Shown in pieces: positions 59,275 to 64,000 of a stretch of 64,000 bases of DNA. Numbering within the stretch: the first letter of the stretch is position 1; each line of letters opens with the position of its first letter. Below the pieces are notes generated by a model that saw only the letters and a list, made by a program, of their open reading frames with translations, had not been told where the DNA came from and searched no databases. A program made the position numbers and the translations under genes. Origin of the DNA: a virus; the IMG/VR virus record IMGVR_UViG_3300003937_000247. One strand, written 5' to 3'.

Positions 59275-59344
59275 TTGGTTTGATATGACCGCTATTACTA
59301 TAGCGGCTATAGCTATAATAATATTCTTATTAATGGTAACCTAA
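59267..59344 (+). CDS. 25-aa hydrophobic microprotein
   Basis: MFDWFDMTAITIAAIAIIIFLLMVT*; overlaps the gp55 stop and is TAATG-coupled to gp47. Confidence 0.5.
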   Translation: MFDWFDMTAITIAAIAIIIFLLMVT

Positions 59345-60411
59345 TGAAGATTGCAATATTAAACGATACTCACTTTGGTGTTCGTAATGACAGCGAAGCG
59401 TTTAGAAATTATCAGCTTAGATTTTATAACGAAATCTTTTTCCCATATTTACAAGAACACAACATTAAAACTTTGGTACACCTAGGTGATGTTGTTGACA
59501 GAAGAAAGTTTATTAACTTTCAAACTGCTTCTATTTTTAGAAGAAAATTTTGGGATAGACTTTATGAAGAACAAATTGATACACACATTATAATAGGTAA
59601 CCACGATACTTATTTTAAAAATACTAATAATGTTAACGCTGTAGAAAATTTATATTCAACCTTTGACAAAAAAAATGAACCGTGGGTTTATACTAAAGCA
59701 GAAGTAGTAAATTTTGATGGTACTGATATTTTATTTGTACCTTGGATTTGTGATGACAATAGAGAACACTCTATAGAAATGTTGCAACACGCTAAAGCAG
59801 AATTAATATTTGGACATTTAGAGATTAAAGGTATTGAAATGCAGAATGGAATTATCAATGAATATGGTAATGATAAAGCAGATTTTAGTAGATTTGAAAG
59901 AGTTATATCAGGACACTTTCACAAACATACAGATGATGGCCAAATACATTATTGTGGTGCTCAATATGAAATGACTTGGTCAGATTATAAAGACCCTAAA
60001 GCATTTACTATATTTGATACAGAAACAAGAGAGTTAACAAGAATAAGCAACCCTTATACAATTCATAAAAAAATAATATATGATGATAAAAAGAACAACT
60101 ATGACCTTTTTGATATACAACCTTATCATAATCACTTCATTAAATTAATAGTATTAAATAAGACAAATGACCAAGTATTTGACAAATTTGTGGAAAGATT
60201 GTATAATGATATAACGGTACACGACTTAAATATTATAGAGGATTATTCTGATATTAAAGCAAGTGTCCGAGAAGATATTTTAGAAATGGGCGAAGATACA
60301 GTTACATTTTTAAATAATTATGTTGACCAGTTGGAAACAGATGTGAATAAAACAAGATTAAAACAATATTTGAAATCCATTTACATAGAAGCAAGTGATA
60401 CTAAAGCGTGA
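59344..60411 (+). CDS. gp47: Recombination endonuclease subunit gp47 (Mre11/SbcD-like)
   Basis: DTHFG, LGDVVDRRK, GNHD, GHLE, SGHFH. Confidence 0.95.
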   Translation: MKIAILNDTHFGVRNDSEAFRNYQLRFYNEIFFPYLQEHNIKTLVHLGDVVDRRKFINFQTASIFRRKFWDRLYEEQIDTHIIIGNHDTYFKNTNNVNAVENLYSTFDKKNEPWVYTKAEVVNFDGTDILFVPWICDDNREHSIEMLQHAKAELIFGHLEIKGIEMQNGIINEYGNDKADFSRFERVISGHFHKHTDDGQIHYCGAQYEMTWSDYKDPKAFTIFDTETRELTRISNPYTIHKKIIYDDKKNNYDLFDIQPYHNHFIKLIVLNKTNDQVFDKFVERLYNDITVHDLNIIEDYSDIKASVREDILEMGEDTVTFLNNYVDQLETDVNKTRLKQYLKSIYIEASDTKA

Positions 60412-60605
60412 TACCTGATAATAAAAACCAAGATAGAATTTATGTAGATACAACACATATTGCTTGTCAAGCAGATCATCCTAGAGTATTCTATACACCT
60501 AACAAAGATGGTTATGTTGTTTGTGAATATTGTAATGTAATGTTTGTATTAAAAGAAGACGCTGATACTACAACGGAGAGGTTATTTGTATATGATATAC
60601 TTTAA
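60408..60605 (+). CDS. zf-CHCC zinc-finger protein
   Basis: IACQADHPRVFY...VVCEYCNVMF. Confidence 0.75.
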   Translation: MIPDNKNQDRIYVDTTHIACQADHPRVFYTPNKDGYVVCEYCNVMFVLKEDADTTTERLFVYDIL

Positions 60606-62304
60606 AAAATTAAGATGGCGTAATTTTCTATCTACAGGTAATCAATTTATAGAGGTTGACCTAGCAAAGTCACCATCAACATTAATTATTGGTATGAATG
60701 GTGCAGGTAAATCAACTTTACTTGACGCATTATGTTTTGCTTTATTCAATCGGTCATTTAGAGATATTAAAAAAGAGCAACTTGTTAATACAATTAATAA
60801 TGCTGATTGTGAAATAGAGTGTGAGTTTGAAACACATAACAAAAGATATAAAATTATAAGAGGTATTAAACCAAATGTATTTGAGATATATTCTGATGGT
60901 GTTCTATTAGACCAAATGGCTTCTAATATAGACTATCAAAATATGTTAGAAACAAATATTTTAAAATGTAATTATCGTGCCTTTTGTCAAGTTGTTATAT
61001 TAGGTTCTACTTCTTATGAACCTTTTATGCACCTACGTGCTAGATATAGACGAGAGGTTGTAGAGGAAATATTAGACATAAGAGTCTTTAGTCATATGGA
61101 CTTATTATTAAGACAGAAACAAGGTGAGTTAAACAAATCTGTTGTTGATGTTAAACACCGATATGATTTAATGAAGGAGAAATTAGAATTACAGAACACC
61201 CATTTTGCACAAATACAAGATAGAGATAATACTGATATAGAATATAGAAAAGAACAATTAAAAGAAAACGCTCAAAGTAATTATGACTACAATCAGAAAT
61301 TACAATTACTTAATGAAAAAATCATATCTACAAAAGCAGAGGTATGGGGTGGTGACCAACATAATAAAAAGGCAAATGAATTATATAAACTTGAAGCGAA
61401 GATTGAAACTAATTTAGAAAGACATAAGAGCAGCTTAAACTTTTTTAAAAACAATGATAACTGTCCTACTTGTACACAACCAATTGATTTAACATTTAAA
61501 CAAAACAAACTTGTTGAAGAAAATGCAAAGATATGGAAATTAGAATCGGGATTAAAAGAATTATCTAAAGAGGCAGAAATAACAGAAGCGAAAATAGAAG
61601 AAATGAATAAAATCGCTGAAAAATTATCTGAATTAAATATATCTGTGGCTAAAGTAAACACTTCTATTTCAGAAATCAATAGACACTCCAATAGAATCGA
61701 TACTGAAATTTCTAAACTAGAAAGTGATAAACAAAATACAAGTAAAGTTGCTGAAGAATTACAAAAACTTAAAGATGGTTTAGTTGATGTTAATTTAGAA
61801 AAAGAAAAGGTTGTAGAAGAAAAGAAATATATTGATATTGCTAGAGAAATACTTAATGACACAGGTGTTAAAGCAAACATCATTAAGAAGTATCTACCTA
61901 TAATGAATAACTTAATTAATAAGTATTTACAATCTATGGACTTCTTTGTTAACTTTAATTTAGATGAGGAGTTTAACGAAACAATTAAAAGTCGCCATAG
62001 AGATACATTTAATTATAATAGTTTTAGTGAAGGTGAGAAATTAAGAATAGACCTTGCATTATTATTTACGTGGCGTACTATTGCCAAAATGAAAAACAGT
62101 ACAAACACAAACTTATTAATACTTGATGAAATATTTGATAGTAGTTTAGACGGTCAAGGTACCGAAGACTTTTTTAAAATACTTAAATCACTATCAAAAG
62201 AAAATACATTTATTATATCTCATAAAGGGGACATACTATTTGATAGGTTTACAAATATAATTAAATTTGAAAAATACAAAAACTTTACAAGGTTAGCACA
62301 ATGA
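60592..62304 (+). CDS. gp46: Recombination ATPase gp46 (Rad50/SbcC-like)
   Basis: GMNGAGKST, CPTC zinc hook, FSEGEK, LILDEIFD. Confidence 0.96.
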   Translation: MIYFKKLRWRNFLSTGNQFIEVDLAKSPSTLIIGMNGAGKSTLLDALCFALFNRSFRDIKKEQLVNTINNADCEIECEFETHNKRYKIIRGIKPNVFEIYSDGVLLDQMASNIDYQNMLETNILKCNYRAFCQVVILGSTSYEPFMHLRARYRREVVEEILDIRVFSHMDLLLRQKQGELNKSVVDVKHRYDLMKEKLELQNTHFAQIQDRDNTDIEYRKEQLKENAQSNYDYNQKLQLLNEKIISTKAEVWGGDQHNKKANELYKLEAKIETNLERHKSSLNFFKNNDNCPTCTQPIDLTFKQNKLVEENAKIWKLESGLKELSKEAEITEAKIEEMNKIAEKLSELNISVAKVNTSISEINRHSNRIDTEISKLESDKQNTSKVAEELQKLKDGLVDVNLEKEKVVEEKKYIDIAREILNDTGVKANIIKKYLPIMNNLINKYLQSMDFFVNFNLDEEFNETIKSRHRDTFNYNSFSEGEKLRIDLALLFTWRTIAKMKNSTNTNLLILDEIFDSSLDGQGTEDFFKILKSLSKENTFIISHKGDILFDRFTNIIKFEKYKNFTRLAQ

Positions 62305-62855
62305 TATATGAATTGTTACCACCAACTGATACAAGAGTCCTGTCAAGCATAGCACCTTTTGATATTGATGTTTTTAAAAAGGAAGAAAAAATAGAACTAA
62401 AAGAATTTGTAGATAATATGTTTGAAACAATGACAAAGTATGGAGGCATAGGTCTATCATCAAACCAAGTAGGCAAACCTTATCGTATGTTTGTAATGGG
62501 TTCTCATTCCGCAATACACAAAGGTAAAAAATGGGCGTGTATTAATCCAACAATAGTATCAGCAAGTAAACAGACAACAAGATTAAAAGAAGGTTGTTTA
62601 ACATATCCTTTTTTATTTTTAGATATAGAACGACCAAGTGCTGTCAAGGTTAAATACTTTGATGAAGAAATGAAAGAACAGGAAGAAGAAATGATTGGCA
62701 TTGTGAGTAGATGTTACCAACACGAGCTAGATCATATGAACGGAACAGTTTTTACAGAAAAAGTAAGTAAGTTTAAACTAGATTATGCTATGAGAAAACG
62801 TGATAAAGAAATAAGAAGGGTGCAAAGATTATGGAAACAAAGACAAAAATCCTAA
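62301..62855 (+). CDS. def: Peptide deformylase
   Basis: GIGLSSNQVG, EGCLT, QHELDHMNG. Confidence 0.95.
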   Translation: MIYELLPPTDTRVLSSIAPFDIDVFKKEEKIELKEFVDNMFETMTKYGGIGLSSNQVGKPYRMFVMGSHSAIHKGKKWACINPTIVSASKQTTRLKEGCLTYPFLFLDIERPSAVKVKYFDEEMKEQEEEMIGIVSRCYQHELDHMNGTVFTEKVSKFKLDYAMRKRDKEIRRVQRLWKQRQKS

Positions 62856-63445
62856 AAGAACTAGACTTACCTGAATACACACAAAGTTTAGATGATACTA
62901 ATAAATTTTTAGATAGTCTAACTTATTCAGCAGTTAAAACAAAATACAATGCAAAGGGTGATTGGGATGCTATATCAATAAAAGGATATAGTGATGACAT
63001 AAACAATATTTTAAAACCAGGTGTATTAAAATCAGATGTTGAAGACAAACCATTAAGATGGACAAGTCTATATGAAGAGCCTGCATTGTTACCTTTAAAA
63101 GAAATACTATCTCATATACCAGCAGAGTTTGAAAGAGTAAGAGTTATGAGATTAAAAGCAGGTACAACTATAAAAAAACATACAGATAAGGTTGATAAAG
63201 AAATAAAGAGTGGTAACATTATAAGATTACATATACCATTAAGAACAAATGATAACGTACATTTTTATCTATGGGAAGGTAAAGTAGAACAACACTTTAA
63301 TTTACAAGTTGGAAGATACTATTTTGTAGATGTATCTAAACCACACGCTGTACATAATAAGACAACTTTTGATAGATTACATTTAGTAGTAGATTGTTAT
63401 AATAATCCTAGATTAAAAAATCTATTGAAGCAAGGAGACGAATGA
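62831..63445 (+). CDS. Aspartyl/asparaginyl beta-hydroxylase-like oxygenase
   Basis: RVRVMRL..G..I..HTD, RLHIPLRTN, PHAVHN..DRLHLVVD. Confidence 0.8.
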   Translation: METKTKILKELDLPEYTQSLDDTNKFLDSLTYSAVKTKYNAKGDWDAISIKGYSDDINNILKPGVLKSDVEDKPLRWTSLYEEPALLPLKEILSHIPAEFERVRVMRLKAGTTIKKHTDKVDKEIKSGNIIRLHIPLRTNDNVHFYLWEGKVEQHFNLQVGRYYFVDVSKPHAVHNKTTFDRLHLVVDCYNNPRLKNLLKQGDE

Positions 63446-63879
63446 TCTTTGCAAAAAAAAGTGATTTTAAGAAAGTAAAAGAAATATTTTATAGTCATAA
63501 GAAATGGTTTCCTCACGTAAGAACTGACTATATGAAAAGGATGATTGCAAGAAAACAACTAATTTTAGAAGACGGTATATTGATAACCTTTCATCACGCT
63601 AAAAGAAGACAGACAATAGGTGATGTTCACGTTAGAAAAGGCGATACTGTATTACACCAAATTGCAAGTGATTCGCCAGGGTCTGGTAAAGGTCAAGCAA
63701 TATTAAATGACTTTTTTGACTATTGTCCTAGAGATGTGTTTTTATCAGTTAGAGCTGACAACTTGACTGCAAACAGATTTTATGTTAAAATGAATATGAA
63801 TTTAATTGGTAGTACTAGTTGGGCAAAAGGTACATTACCAGGGAATGTATATGTCAAACGCAAAAAGATTTGGCATTAA
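63442..63879 (+). CDS. GNAT-like acetyltransferase
   Basis: LHQIA..PGSGKG, LSVRADNLTANRFY. Confidence 0.7.
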   Translation: MIFAKKSDFKKVKEIFYSHKKWFPHVRTDYMKRMIARKQLILEDGILITFHHAKRRQTIGDVHVRKGDTVLHQIASDSPGSGKGQAILNDFFDYCPRDVFLSVRADNLTANRFYVKMNMNLIGSTSWAKGTLPGNVYVKRKKIWH

Positions 63880-63902
63880 AAAAAAGGAGAATAAAGAATA
63901 AA

Positions 63903-64000
63903 ATGAAAATATTATGTATATTATATGATGATCCAAAAGACGGTATGCCAAAATCATATCCAGTCAAAGACTTACCAAAATTAGAAAAGTATCCAGATGG
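63903..64000 (+). CDS. fdh: NAD-dependent formate dehydrogenase, 5' end (partial)
   Basis: MKILCILYDDPKDGMPKSYPVKDLPKLEKYPD closely matches the bacterial NAD-FDH N-terminus pattern (KVLCVLYDDP.DGYP..Y...DLP....YP.G); AGGAG RBS; only 32 codons visible. Confidence 0.75.
   Translation, partial: MKILCILYDDPKDGMPKSYPVKDLPKLEKYPD

Noticed and set aside
39829-62304. Introns, inteins or homing endonucleases in core genes
   Set aside because: gp17, gp18, gp20, gp23, UvsW and gp46 are uninterrupted and of ordinary length; no HNH/GIY-YIG/LAGLIDADG motif recognised
1-64000. tRNA/rRNA genes, integrase, transposase
   Set aside because: No cloverleaf or T-loop signatures in the short intergenic gaps and no recombinase motifs seen

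Overview
An AT-rich 64 kb segment of a T4-like myovirus. Gene content and host-like genes (peptide deformylase, zf-CHCC, tripartite tricarboxylate transporter, NAD-dependent formate dehydrogenase) suggest a marine alphaproteobacterial host, probably SAR11/pelagiphage type; the host is inferred. Layout: (i) end of a fibre gene and a structural gene (1-1304). (ii) A ~21 kb accessory island (1339-22151) of three operons: glycosyltransferase-like genes, epimerase, DegT aminotransferase, carbamoyltransferase, methyltransferase, several radical SAM enzymes (one B12-binding), four Fe(II)/2OG-type oxygenases, an ATP-grasp ligase, a DUF6580 S-component-like protein and TctA/TctC. Two back-to-back T4 late-promoter pairs sit at its divergence points. 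(iii) A highly repetitive Thr/Ser-rich fibre locus (22205-36813). (iv) The canonical gp13-gp23 and gp3 morphogenesis block. (v) An inserted twin radical SAM / nitroreductase / cysteine-hydrolase cassette. (vi) uvsY, uvsW, gp55, gp47, gp46, def and the 5' end of a formate dehydrogenase. The strongest candidates for an undescribed system are the late-promoter-associated tailoring island (possibly a virion/fibre decoration pathway with its own cofactor and substrate import), the twin radical SAMs sharing a conserved TRGGPGDK leader, and a deformylase plus formate dehydrogenase pairing. All calls come from reading motifs; no database searches were run.
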